Shown here: in pieces, positions 23,100 through 35,021 of the stretch
How the letters are laid out: the number at the start of each line of letters is the position of its first letter
Numbering within the stretch: position 1 is the stretch's first letter
DNA from: Camelus dromedarius
Lineage: Eukaryota
DNA length: 64,000 nt
Direction of reading: 5' to 3'
NCBI RefSeq assembly: GCF_036321535.1
Contig: NC_087443.1
Coordinates: 64,976,001 to 65,040,000, forward strand
Notes under the pieces: model-generated
Database searches by the model: none
Seen by the model: the letters and a program-made list of their open reading frames with translations, nothing else
What the model was told of the DNA's origin: nothing
Made by a program: the position numbers and the translations under genes

Positions 23100-25790
23100 G
23101 GACTGGAGAATGGGATTCGGATCTTCCTCATGTGGCCCTGGGTCACGTGCCTCTTCCCAGACATAGTGTGAGTCTTGGAATGAAGCAGTATCTGATGCTC
23201 CCCAGGGGAAAGATTACATCCTGTGAGAAATGTGGGCCCATAAAGTGGTTATCCATGAAAGAGCAGTCATTAAGGAGGGGAGAGAGAGCGTCAGTCATTA
23301 TGTAGTGTATTGAGGTCCACACTCCTAAGATCAAGTTGATCACCAGGACTCTAAAATACCTCTGCCGCTCCTGCTGCCTATGCCTTTGTTGCAACAAAGA
23401 GTCTGGTCCTCAGGGTTATAGGATAAATTTACCCATGGCACTCCTAAGGCACAACAAAGGGGTTAGTTCAAAAACAGTATAAACAGTGGGTCTTTAAACC
23501 CTATAAATCAACCATTGTCATGAAGGAGATCTCTAATCCAGATGACACCGATTTGAGGTTCTTTGGAAGACGAAATTTATGAATATGAGTTGAGTAGCCC
23601 ACCCCTACAAAAGCAATATCCAGGTACAAAAAAAAAAAAAAAGAAAGAAAGAAAGAAAGAAAGAGAGAAACCTGTGTACAAGGACAGTAAACAATAACAA
23701 CAACAAAAAACTGAAACAGAAGTCCACAATTTGACCCTATTTGAAATCCAAAATTTCCTAAAAAAACTTAACACAAGACAAAATGAGTATTACCAGCTTT
23801 GTGCCTCTACAATATTGGTTCAGAATTAACTTCAACAGCTGGTGAAATGCACCAGTTGGCAAACACTCACGGCCTTAAATCAACACAGGGCCTCTAATTA
23901 CACTTACACTTTAACATCCCATTAAATTTAATCAAGGTACTTCCTACACTCTTAGGGGCCTTCCTAAATGTAAAACAGATAAGGTGAGATGCCTCACCCT
24001 AACCATCAGAACAATTGCCTGGCCTAAATTTCCCATAGTCATATCAGTCCTTACCCTATTATATCCCATAGTGAGCATGGACACTCTGGCTCAATGAGAA
24101 ATAAAATAAAATCAAACTAAGTCTTAGGCACCTACTAATTGGCTTGACACAATGAGATCCTATGGACCATCTCTCCCAGTTAAAATAATTAGTTTGTCCC
24201 AATCTAAATGAAAACAGGGTCTTCAAGGGTTGAACTCTATTGTGCAAGACCCATTTAGAGAAAGGATGATTATGCCCATTGCTCCTCCATTTAACAGCCC
24301 AATTTGGTCTGTTGTTACATCTCGAAAGAATAAATGACACTGCATAGTGGATTACAACAACTTTAATGCTATAGTCCCAACCATTAATGCCTCCATATTC
24401 AATATTATTAAATTACCAACTCCAACCAATCAGTAATCTTCTGCTATTATAGATTTTGCTGATATGTCGATCAGCATATATTTCAATAGCCTCCCAGGAA
24501 TAGTTCGCATTTACCTCTGAAGGAAAATGATACATCTTTTCATGGCTATACATGGGGTATCTTAGCAGCCTTGTCATCACTCACAGTTTTTGCAGGCAAA
24601 GTCTTAAGTACATCCACTTTTCTCCAGGGGCATGGATGTGACATTATGTGGATGGCATCCTCCTCCAATAAAATTAGTTGAACATATTCATTCAGGAAAA
24701 ATATTCAAAAAAAGCTCACAAAAGGTGATGGGCCATTGCCTTACATATAGTATGAGGCACTGCTACCTTGGTAAAATCCCTGAAAATTATTTGGTAAACC
24801 AAGTGCTGCTCTATCCTTCACATTGTCAAGAAATAGGTACTGACCCTTTCAACATTAACACTATTAAAATAATACCAAAGTCTTTTAGGCTTTTTAGGGT
24901 TCTGGAATCAACATATTCCTTCTTTACTTCTCTTAAGCCAATTCACGTGTTACTTACAAATTGACCCACCCTGAATGGAACTCCCACCAAAAAAGACTCT
25001 AAAATCTGTCCAAATTGCCATACAGCCGACATTCCTTTAGTGCCCTCCAACGACTCCTTCACTGTAGAGTTTATACAGTCTCTTCTTATACCTCCTGGAG
25101 TCTCCAGATTTCCTATAATGGCCATCAATTGGCCGTGCACTTTTGACACAAGCAAATGACCACCTTAGCCTCATACTGTATGCTATTAGAGTGGTGATTG
25201 CTGGGCTGTCTTGGAAATGAGGGTCCTAAACCTGTGATCTTCTGTACTCAACTGCCTATTTTGCCTTGGATTGTGAAAGCAGCATCCTGAAAACCTGGTA
25301 CATCTACCGAGGCTTCTTTGCTACCAGAAGGAGCAAAACCTGGACCCTCTGTCCTACCTGTAGAAGCAAGTGACCTCCTCTGTCTTGGTCCCTTGCCAGA
25401 TGATAAGCTGCTTGATGAGATCCCCCCTCTCCCAGGTCCCTTGACACCTGGGAAGCCCCTTACCATAAACTGAGTGAACGGCAATTAAAGATCATTCACT
25501 TTATGGACATCATCATCACCATCACATGAAGGAGCTCAGAGAAATGTTGCTGATGTTCATCCCCTAAGCATGACAGCATGACATCCCTGATAAAGGATGG
25601 GACCCAAGCATAAATACAACTGGCCAAACTTTACATAGCCATCTCAGCACTGTATGCACTGGCCAACAAGTAACACCATCGGTATCTTTTTTCCACAAAT
25701 TCTTGAGCCATGAATGGTCTGGCTATCTGGTCTTTAGGATAAAGAACTCTGAAAACTTCTTGCCTCACAATATTAAAATATAAATCAATA
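23100..25790 (+). pseudogene. pol: Decayed class III (ERV-L-like) endogenous retrovirus internal region: gag end, protease, RT, RNase H
   Basis: Manual translation gives: protease-like INTG (NTG 23882-23890, D lost); RT motifs PFNSPIWSV (~24287-24313), IVDYNNFNA, ASQE*FAFTSEGK*Y, MGYLSS and YVDG (24645-24656); LGFWNQHIP; RNase H WEAPYHKLSERQLKIIHFMD (~25450-25509), QLAKLY and NGLAIWS. Many stops and frameshifts. The 5' ~600 bp assignment is less certain. Confidence 0.85.
23627..23711 (+). repeat. Poly(A)/(GAAA)n/(CAA)n low-complexity tract inside the ERV
   Basis: A-run followed by GAAA repeats and CAACAACAAAAAA, seen directly. Confidence 0.85.
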
Positions 25791-27477
25791 CACTAACCCT
25801 CTGCAGCTCAAAAAGTCAAATGCACTTTAACTAATACAGATTCCAAAAACTCCTGCTATGAACTACATCTACTTAAATGTAGGAAAATATATAGGTTCAA
25901 CGAACTTATTTAAAGCTGAAACTATTTTTCAATAACACTCATTAATATGTAACTAATTTTTATATATATATATATATAGTATTTTAGAAATCTCAATCTG
26001 TATGAATAATATACATTAAGAGCTTCAGATAGACTGAAATACCTCTGTTCTTGGTAATTGACTTTAAAGGCGAGAAACCACACGCTAAAGCAAAGAAGAA
26101 AGTTGCTTGGCTTTTCTCTCTCCCTCCCTGAGCACATGAACTTCCCTTCTTCCCTCTCCACTGTGAATGAGCTCTGTCACCTCTAAATGGATATTGAATG
26201 GGAGCCTGAAAAAGAGTTAAAATCTCTCTCTACCTGTTTGTATATGCTTTTCCTTCAATAATCAAGTGAGTTTTGATTTTCAAATTCTTACTTTCTAGAC
26301 TACTGACCTAAAGATCTTATTCTGAAAGCTAGCAGGGAGGGGCTAACAACTATTACTAATGGTTTTTGCAAATTTCAGTGATATTTTGAAATGTGTCATT
26401 TTTCTAGGGAAAAAAAACAAGTGTTACCAAACACATTTCTCCAATAGGTACCCTTTGTCAGCATACGAAGTAGATAAAATGGATATTTTCTATTTTGTCT
26501 TCGATATTTATCGTCTATCCTCTTATTCCTATAAATACAAGTAGTAGGGATACAACCTAATTAGCTATGGGCTCTAATTAGTAGCTCTTATGGTTAAGAA
26601 GTTCAGCATTTTGTTGGTTTGAAAAGATCTAGATGATATCTATTCTATTGTTTTAGTTAGTTGTTTGTGTGAACCTTGGCTTTATCTCTTCAAAATCAGT
26701 TTGAATCAGGAAAGAATAGGAAATAGGCAATAGGCACAAACTGCATCAGCCTGGAGAACTCATAGATGCAGGTCCTGTGGGATAAACTCAGCTGACATGC
26801 CATGCGCTTCAACTGTGACGACACCTGTTACTCATCACATTGTTTGTTTTATAGCGTTTGGATATTGCCTGTTGCCTCAGAGAATATTTTAAGACATAGA
26901 TATATTTTCCTTCATGATCAGAAAAGAAATATAACCTCCACATAGCCAGCGTACTCCTCATTAAAAAGCAGTTTAGTCCTTGAAGTAGGCATGACAGTAC
27001 TCTCTTTCATAAACACAGCTATTTTAAACCACGGCCAATAGCTATGCCTCTCATCTCACCATTATACATTTGTCCAAGGTAAAGCTTTTCTCTCCACTTG
27101 AATAAAGACAAATATCGTTTAATATTTAGTTGGCAGCTCTCTGACATTAAAAAAACAATTTTAACCAGTTACCTGTGGCTGGGAATTATTGGGTTAGGTT
27201 ATCTTGGAGGCTGAATTTCTACTAAGAGAGGAGGGGAGAGGGAGAGATACTGACTGGAACTGTCCTTTGTGCTGTTACAACCAGGCTAAAGGGAAAGTTC
27301 TACCTGCACCCACCCAGAGATGGCTTTTGCACTGCCTTGGGCAGAAACTGTGCCCTGATCTTGTGGGTCCTTTGGGGACATTTAGTGCCAAGGGAGGACA
27401 GGGAGCCAACAGGATTAACACAAATTTATGCTGTGCTGAGGGTGTTTGGCACTTAATTTGATGTATTAACTTTGCAT

Positions 27478-27625
27478 GCATTCACTCATTCATTCATCAA
27501 ATTTGGATACCTCCTCTGTCCCAGGCACTGCTTCAAATATTGGAGATGAAGCAGCAAGCAAAACAGATTAGATTGTTGTTTTCATAAAGCTGGCATTACA
27601 ATAAAGGAGACAGAAAATTAACATT
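27478..27625 (-). mobile_element. L2 3' end
   Basis: CATTCACTCATTCATTCATCAAAT...CTCTGTCCCAGGCACTGCTTCAAATATTGGAGATGAAGCAGC. Confidence 0.7.
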
Positions 27626-27949
27626 GAGGAAACTAAATCTGAAGTCCAATGCAACTAAAATTACCTGTTTCCGTCCCTCTCACCCCCTGTAGACAAAGAA
27701 CCTATTTCTTAGGTAGGGAAAGAAGACCAAGTTACCTTTTTTAGTTCTCACTCTGCTGTTTTCTCTCCTTCTCTTTCTTTTTCTCCCCCTTTTATTTTAT
27801 TCTTCTGCATACTAAAACAATGACTCTTAGATATTTGTATTTAAGAGAATTTGAGGGACCTACCCAGGATTTTCACATAATTTTGCCATTAAAGAATACG
27901 TATATATCTTTATATGACATATAAATTTATACATATATAATCAAGCACC

Positions 27950-28170
27950 ATAATGATTAGCTAGCCTTTACTGAGGACTAATTAAATTTAGACACTTTTC
28001 TAAGTGTTTTAATATATTAACTTATTTTATAAGCATAGTAGCCTTTAACCAGGATGCCGTTATTATTTCCATTTTACAGATAAGGAATCTCAAGTTAAAA
28101 GAAGTTAATACTTTGTGCAGTGTAATCATTTAGTAAGTGATAGAATCAGGCTATGTACCTGCCACCTGAG
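27950..28170 (-). mobile_element. MIR
   Basis: GTTATTATTTCCATTTTACAGATAAGGAATCTCAAGTTAAAAGAAGTTAA...TTTAGTAAGTGATAGAATCAGG. Confidence 0.75.
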
Positions 28171-28574
28171 TTTGCATTTCTGACGCTGCCTTGCTTTGCA
28201 ACATGACCACATCATTAAAAAAAAAAAAAAAAGTCTATTTATTACTAAAAAGAAAGGAAAAGAAAATCAATGTAAGGGCATAACTTCAGAGTACAGTTAT
28301 TTTTTATGAGAATTCACTTGATCTTTATTTTTTTAATTCTCTGTAGACTGGTAAAGGTTTTGTCAAAAACTACTGCTGGACCAGCACCCTGTATTCAGGA
28401 GCCACACCAAGACATCAGCAACATGAAGGTTTTCAGTCCTTATTCTAGACTTACATTCCAGACATTGTAGATCAAGACATGTTAGTCATTGTTAGGATGT
28501 TGTTCTTAATTCATTTTGCAAATAGCCTGCAAACACTTATAGAAAAATACCTGAATTTAATTCTCTCTCCACCT

Positions 28575-29081
28575 TTTTACTTTTTGTTGTTTGCTTTTTT
28601 TTATTTTTATAATCTTTTTTAAATTGAAGTATAGTTAATTTACAATGTTGTGTTAGTTTCAGGTGTAGAGCAAAGTGATTCAGTTATACATACATATATC
28701 TCTAGTCTTTTTAGATTCTTTTTCATTATAGGTTATTACAAGATATCAAATACAGTTCCCTGGGCTATATAGTAGGTTCTTTATTATTTATCTATTTTAT
28801 GTATAGTAGTTTATATATGTTAATCCCAAATTTCTAATTTATCCCTCCCCACCTCCTACGTTCCCATTTGGTAACCATAAGTTTGTTTTCTATGTCTGTG
28901 AGTCTGTCACTACTTCATAAATAAGTTCATTTGTGTCATTTTAGATTTCACATATAAGCGATATCATATGATATTTATCTTTCTCTTTCTGATTTACTTC
29001 ACTTAGTATGATAATCTCTAGGTCCATCTGTATTGCTGCTAATGGCATTATTTCATTCTTTTTTATGGCTGAGTAGTATTC

Positions 29082-29084
<3 letters not shown>
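28575..29084 (-). mobile_element. Young cetartiodactyl L1 3'UTR (~0.5 kb, 5'-truncated)
   Basis: T-rich tail then AATTGAAGTATAGTTAATTTACAATGTTGTGTTAGTTTCAGGTGTAGAGCAAAGTGATTCAG...TTTGGTAACCATAAGTTTGTTTTCTATGTCTGTGAGTCTG. Confidence 0.92.

Positions 29085-29122
<38 letters not shown>
29085..29122 (+). repeat. (TG)19 microsatellite at the L1 truncation point
   Basis: Counted directly. Confidence 0.95.
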
Positions 29123-29126
<4 letters not shown>

Positions 29127-30111
29127 GTTATTTCTAAAGAGTCTATCTCCTAAAAGTGCTTAAGAACCACAGCTTTTGGGTCAGTGTCTAAGTTACCAAC
29201 ATTTGAGGGAAATTCACTCTACATATCAGTTATCTCAAATAATCAAACTAAAATAACATAATTACCACCTGACATGCTTTCAAAAAATGAAAACTAAATA
29301 AGGGTGTATAATCATGAGCTGTTATTGTTGTTCTGTTCCCCATATCCCTCTAAGGAGCTTGGGAGCATTAGCCTGCAGTCTTGTAAGCATGCTTTGGGGT
29401 ATGCTCTGTTTGTTCTGTCTCTTAGACATCCTGTTTTAATATTTTCCATATACCCATCTCTGCAGATATTTCAGTATTTTGTACTTCCAATTTCCTGAAA
29501 ATTGTTGTATCTGTTGGCTCCCAAAAGCCAATAAAAATTTTAAATTGAGAATAAGTGTAAACAACAAATACTGCACATCAGCCCAACAACCTTGGATGGG
29601 ATTTGGAGTAAACAGGCAAATCCTCAAAGGACAAATGGCAAACAGCAATTTCCAAGCAGATTAAAATACCCCAATAGATGTTATCTTAAACTAGAGCAGC
29701 TCTTCCATGGAAACATGCAATGCTGCGTGGCTGCTGAGGGAATATCTTCTAGTATCATTATTGCTTTTATCCAGGAAATTAAATTTAAAATAATGTGCTT
29801 TTATCTCCCTCCCACTCTCCCTAAAAAATAAATAATAATAATAATTAAAAGAAATTCTTCTGGACCCCAACAAGCACTGAGTACAGTGTGTCATCACCAT
29901 TCCCTTCCAGCTCCACTATGTGTCCACACATGCAGTACAATTTTAGGATTTTAATTAAAGGGTTTTTTAAAACATCATTAAAATTGCATCATTTTAAGGT
30001 CAACTGAGGTGTTTTGAGGTCAGTGGCATGTTTCTTCAAGTCTAGGAGCATGACCACTAGAAACCCCAGCCCTGCTTCACCATCTTGTTCTGCACAGGAA
30101 TAACCAACAAC

Positions 30112-30290
30112 TAGGACATCCAGATTTAGCTAGTGAGAAGACATGATGCCCAGTTAAATTTGAATTTCAAATAACCAGCAAATAATTTTTTAGTATAACT
30201 ATGTCCCACCTATTGCAAGAAACACAACTATACCTAGCTCATCTGAAGTTCAGATTTAACTGGGATCCTGTATTTTATCCAGCAACCCTA
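30112..30290. mobile_element. MER53 palindromic DNA transposon (MITE)
   Basis: CCAGATTTAGC...GCCCAGTTAAATTTGAATTTC paired with GAAGTTCAGATTTAACTGGGATCCTGTATTTTATCCAGCAACCCTA. The 8-bp TSD CCAACAAC/CCAACAAT matches at 7 of 8 positions. Confidence 0.85.
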
Positions 30291-30901
30291 CCAACAATGT
30301 GTTGAGGATACCATGAAGTGTTCAAAATTAAGGGATCCATGTTATGAAATTTTTCCTGATAAAAGGCCAGAAATGTGAGAATTATATAAACCGTAAAACA
30401 TTAAGGCCAGAAACAGAACTATACCTTTACAGTCATGCACAGCTACAAGAACACAGATTGTATGAAAGGAAGTTGTTTTCCTATTGAACTTGTGAATGTT
30501 TAATGTGTACCCTTACGGCAAAGGGGGAGAAGTCACTTTTTGCATTAACGCTATACCTTCCAAAATATGGCTGGGAAAGTCAGTTCTCTGTCCATGCCTC
30601 CCCTCAACCATTTAGACATTAGTAACACTGGTCATAACCTTGAATTGATTTAATAAGAAACACAAAATGAACAAAGAAAGCTAAACAAATTAAGGATCTA
30701 TACTTTCACCATACAAAGGATTTTAGTTTTGCTCCAAGTAGGCATTATACTTCATTATTACTATGTCAGCAATACTTTCCCCACAAAGAGCACAGGAGGT
30801 CCTAATTACTGCTTTTCACTATTATATTACAATTCTGAAACCCAACATAGCATTCTGCTAAATGGATTTTGTATATGTAGGGTTAAGTATTTAGCAAACA
30901 G

Positions 30902-30928
30902 ACACACACACACACACACACACACACA
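30902..30928 (+). repeat. (AC)n microsatellite
   Basis: About 13 AC units seen directly. Confidence 0.95.
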
Positions 30929-31328
30929 ATGAGAAAAAAAAAACCATTCCTGGAATGATTCTTTTCTTGTGAGTAACCTGCAGAAGTGGAAATAACAGAA
31001 CTACGGGAAGGAAGCCTTCCAAGTTCCTGCTCCTGTTAACTTCACACTCTTTTCTTTCACCTTGAACTGCATAGTCTAGAAGCTAACTTATTATTCCCTC
31101 TTCCATCCCACTCTCTCACAAACTCCTCAGCATGGAGAAGCATATTAAGAAATGTAATGCAGAGAAAAATTATGAGATGAAATTTGGGGTGAGTGTCTTG
31201 AAGCCTCCTGCTTCCCCCATTTCCTTATTCACTGGGGTACTTGGGTCCTAATTAATTTTCACTATGCTAAAACTATCAGGGAAAATTTTTCCTTTTGAAT
31301 TTGGAAAGAATTAATGGGGTCTCTTAGA

Positions 31329-32210
31329 CTCTCTTCAGCAAGTGCTGTTGGGAAAGCTAGACAACTACATGTAAATCAATGACGTTAGAACACTCACGCA
31401 TACCATATTAAAAAATAAACTCAAAATGGCTTAAAGATTTAAATATAAGACATAGCACTATAAAACTCCTGGAAGAGAACATAAGCAAAACATTCTCAGA
31501 CATAAATTGTAGCAATATTTTCTCAGATAATTCTCCTAAGGCAAAAGAAACAAAAGCAAAAATAAACAAATAGGACCTAATCAAACTTATAAGCTTCTGC
31601 AGAGCAAAGGAAACCATAAATAAAACGAAAAGACAGCCTATGGAGTGGGAGAAAATATTTGCAAACAATACGACCAACAAGGGCTTAGGTTCTGAAATGT
31701 ACAGAAAGCTCACAGAACTCAGTATCAAAAAAACACACAACCCAATCAAAAAATGAGCAGAAGACCTAAACAGACATGTCTCCAAGGAAGGAATCCAGAT
31801 GGCGAACACTCACATGTAAAGGTGCTCAATATTGCTAATAATTAGAGAAATGCAAATCATAGCTACAATGAGGTGCCACCTTACACTAGTCAGAATGGTG
31901 ATCATCAAAAAGTNNNNNNNNNNNNNNNNNNNNNNNNNNNNNNNNNNNNNNNNNNNNNNNNNNNNNNNNNNNNNNNNNNNNNNNNNNNNNNNNNNNNNNN
32001 NNNNNNNNNNNNNNNNNNNNNNNNNNNNNNNNNNNNNNNNNNNNNNNNNNNNNNNNNNNNNNNNNNNNNNNNNNNNNNNNNNNNNNNNNNNAAAAACTCT
32101 AATTTGAAAAGATACTTGCACTCCAATGTTCATAGAAGCACTGGTACAATAGCCAAGGCATGGAAGTAACTTAAATATCCATCAATAGATGAATGGATAA
32201 AGAAGATGTG

Positions 32211-32243
<33 letters not shown>

Positions 32244-32575
32244 ACTTAGCCTTGAAAAACAATGAAGATTGCAATTTGCAGCAACATGGATGGACCTAGA
32301 AATTATCATACTAAGTGAAGTCAGAAAGAGAAAGACAAATACTGTATGCTATCACTTATATGTGGAATCTAAAAATAGAGAAGACACAAATGAACTTACT
32401 TACGAAACAGAAACAGACTCACAGACACAGAAAACAATCTTATGGTTACCAAAGGGGAAAGGGGAGGGGAGGGATAAATTAGGAGTATGGGATTAACACA
32501 TACATACTACTATACATAAAATATATAAGCAATAAGGGTTTACTATATAAAGCACAGGAAACAACCTATATTCCT
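31329..32575 (+). mobile_element. Young L1: ORF2 3' end plus 3'UTR, terminal tail missing; contains an N-run (31914-32091) and (TG)n (~32210-32236)
   Basis: The ORF track gives MLIIREMQIIATMRCHLTLVRMVIIKK (ORF2p MRYHLTPVRMAIIKK motif). GCAACATGGATGGACCTAGAAATTATCATACTAAGTGAAGT is also present. Confidence 0.93.
31914..32091. other. N-run (178 nt) inside L1 ORF2
   Basis: Seen directly in the sequence. Confidence 0.99.
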
Positions 32576-33279
32576 GGCCTCTCCAAAAGAATTTTGGCTT
32601 TGGACTTTCCTAAACAGATCACCTAAGAGAAATGACAGCATCTCTATGAGTGTCAGGCTTGTGGGCTTGCAAGGTGATGAGCATCCAGACTCACAACTCA
32701 GTTCCTCTAGTTTCTGTATCTTCTCTTGCCCTCTTCCTTTAGGAGTACATCCCAGCTACTCCACAGCCAACAAAAGATGTCCATTCACTCAGCTGAAAAA
32801 GCTGTTGTATTTATGCAGTCACATCATCAACCACCCTTCTAGTTTCAGACCTTAGCAAAACTGAATTGGAGTATGCCTTCCTTTCACTGTCAACCCTCAC
32901 TCCTTCCATTGCCATCTTTGTTCCTTCCAGGATTCCTGAATCCAGTATCTTCGTGTTGCCTGGAATTCACCACTAGAGAGTTTACAGAGTACTTTAACAG
33001 CCTGAGTAACAGCCTAGATTCTAGTTCAGACTGTGTTTAGGGTACACTGTGCATGAGTAATTTACTAGGCAGCCAACTATCTTAGCAGAGTTCATACATT
33101 GTATTTGGCTTTTCTGTTTTCTAGTGTTCTCCTTTCTAGGATTCACCCCATCTTTCTGGCGACCCTGGTTGCTTCAAGTGGTTTACTCTGCTTCTTCTGG
33201 CCAGAAAGATGCCAGATCTTCCAGAAGAGGTTTAGTGCCTGTATACTATGCCATAACTACAGTTATCCTCATGGCAAAG

Positions 33280-34970
33280 ATTATTTACTGTATACATTTA
33301 TAGAACATTCTTGAAATGACAATATTGTAGAAATAAAGAACAGATTGGTGGTTGCCAAGGGAAAAGGAAAGAGTAGAGGCATGAGAGAACTGAGTGTCAA
33401 AAAATGCCTTTCAAAAAAATAAAGAAAAATAAAGATTTTTTTCAGACAAGCAAAGATTATGGGAATTTATTGCCAGCAGACCTACTCTTTAATACTTATT
33501 TAAAGAAGTTCTTCAGGCATAGCAGTATGATCAGACAGCTCCAAGTGGCCAAATCTGTAATAATTTGTGCAAAACATAATGTTACTATAAGATTATAATC
33601 CAAAGAAGAAAATAAGTTTCCATAAGTATATATTGATATAAATAAATTATGGAATGAATAAATAGGTGACAACTTCTCACAGAATTCTAATCAATAAATG
33701 TAGAAGGAATGAGGGAAACAGAAACTCACCACTAGAATACAACAGTAATAATTACTATAGACAAGATCCACTAATGAATACTAAAATTGGTGGGCAAAAG
33801 TTTAAGAAGAAATAGGATATTTACTTCATCTCAAAGTATCTCTCTCCAAAATATTTACTAATCTTAAAGGGAAAAAGAGTAACTTTGCAAGAATCTGCAA
33901 ACACCAGCTCAACCAAGTGATCAAGGTTAACATCAGCAGTGAAATCATTCAGATATCTTATATGTCTAAAATTATTTCAAAATAACAAATTTTGTAAAGG
34001 GAAAGGAGGGCAAAAGGCAAAAACTATGAATAAGCAATTTACAAAAGAACAAATTTGCCAATCACACATGAAAATATGCCCAGCACCTGTAGTAATCAGA
34101 GAAATGCGAACGTTTAAATTTATGAGGTACAATTTTAGATCTACCAAACTGGCAAAAAGTGAAAGAGAATGAAAACAGCTACAAATTGTGAGAATGTTGA
34201 AGTGAAACGACCCCTAAATGCTCTCTTTCATTATAAGGAGAAATGTGAAAAGTAACCCTTTTACAGATCAGCTTTGCTCTATCATTTAAAATTAAAAATC
34301 CACATATTATTTCACTCATCAGTAACTCTGCTTGAAATCCATCTGATAGAAGCTGAAATAACATTTTGTGGGAATAATAATTAGTCAGATCTCCAATGAT
34401 ATTCATGGCAGACTTGGTCCAAGTGGTCAACCAAAATCACCATCCAATTCTAAACAAACAAAACCACAATAAATCACTAAAGAATAAACTAACAAAAGAA
34501 GGAATTAGACCTACATCAGGAAACTAGGAGAAATTTCTAGACCATTTTTTGAAAAATATGACTATTTATTAATTCATTCATTCCTGCCTACCTGTCATCA
34601 TCCAACAGGACCTAGTATGCAAGGTGGTTGTCACAGGTTATCTGGACTGGAAAGAAGGGTTGATGCAGATGAAAGGACATGCAGGAGAAAAGCAGGGAAG
34701 TAAAATAACAAAAGAATGCATTTTTAAAAAGATATTCCCAAAGAAATACAACATGCCTGAAATGATCTCAGATATGTCAAATAACATATGTGTATGGATA
34801 AGTACTCAAAGAGATGTAAAAATGTCAACAAATGGCTATTAGGATCATCTCAGGATGGAAGGATTTTAAGTGAGTTTTTAGGATCTTTCTTACACTACTG
34901 TGTATTATTCAAATTATTCCAAAGAACATGTGCTAATATATAAATCACAACAGCAATAAAGCTGTTTTCA
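33280..34970 (+). mobile_element. Mosaic of old L1 fragments (L1ME/L1MC3-4: 3'UTR pieces, ORF1 C-terminus, ORF2 C-terminus)
   Basis: FSDKQRLWEFIASRPTL (ORF1p C-terminus-like, ~33438-33490); ACACCAGCTCAACCAAGTGATCAAGGTTAACATCAGCAGT (L1MC 3'UTR); GTAATCAGAGAAATGCGAAC (ORF2); L1ME 3' end at ~34720-34970. Confidence 0.6.
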
Positions 34971-35021
34971 CAGTGAAAGAAAAAAATGTCACAGTAGAGG
35001 AAAGTGAATTTCAGAGGTGAT

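Noticed and set aside
16645-25790. LTR16+gag (16.6-17.8 kb) and pol (23.1-25.8 kb) as one provirus
   Set aside because: They are separated by >5 kb containing L2, MIR and unique DNA with no ERV homology, and the pol segment seems to have its own gag end.
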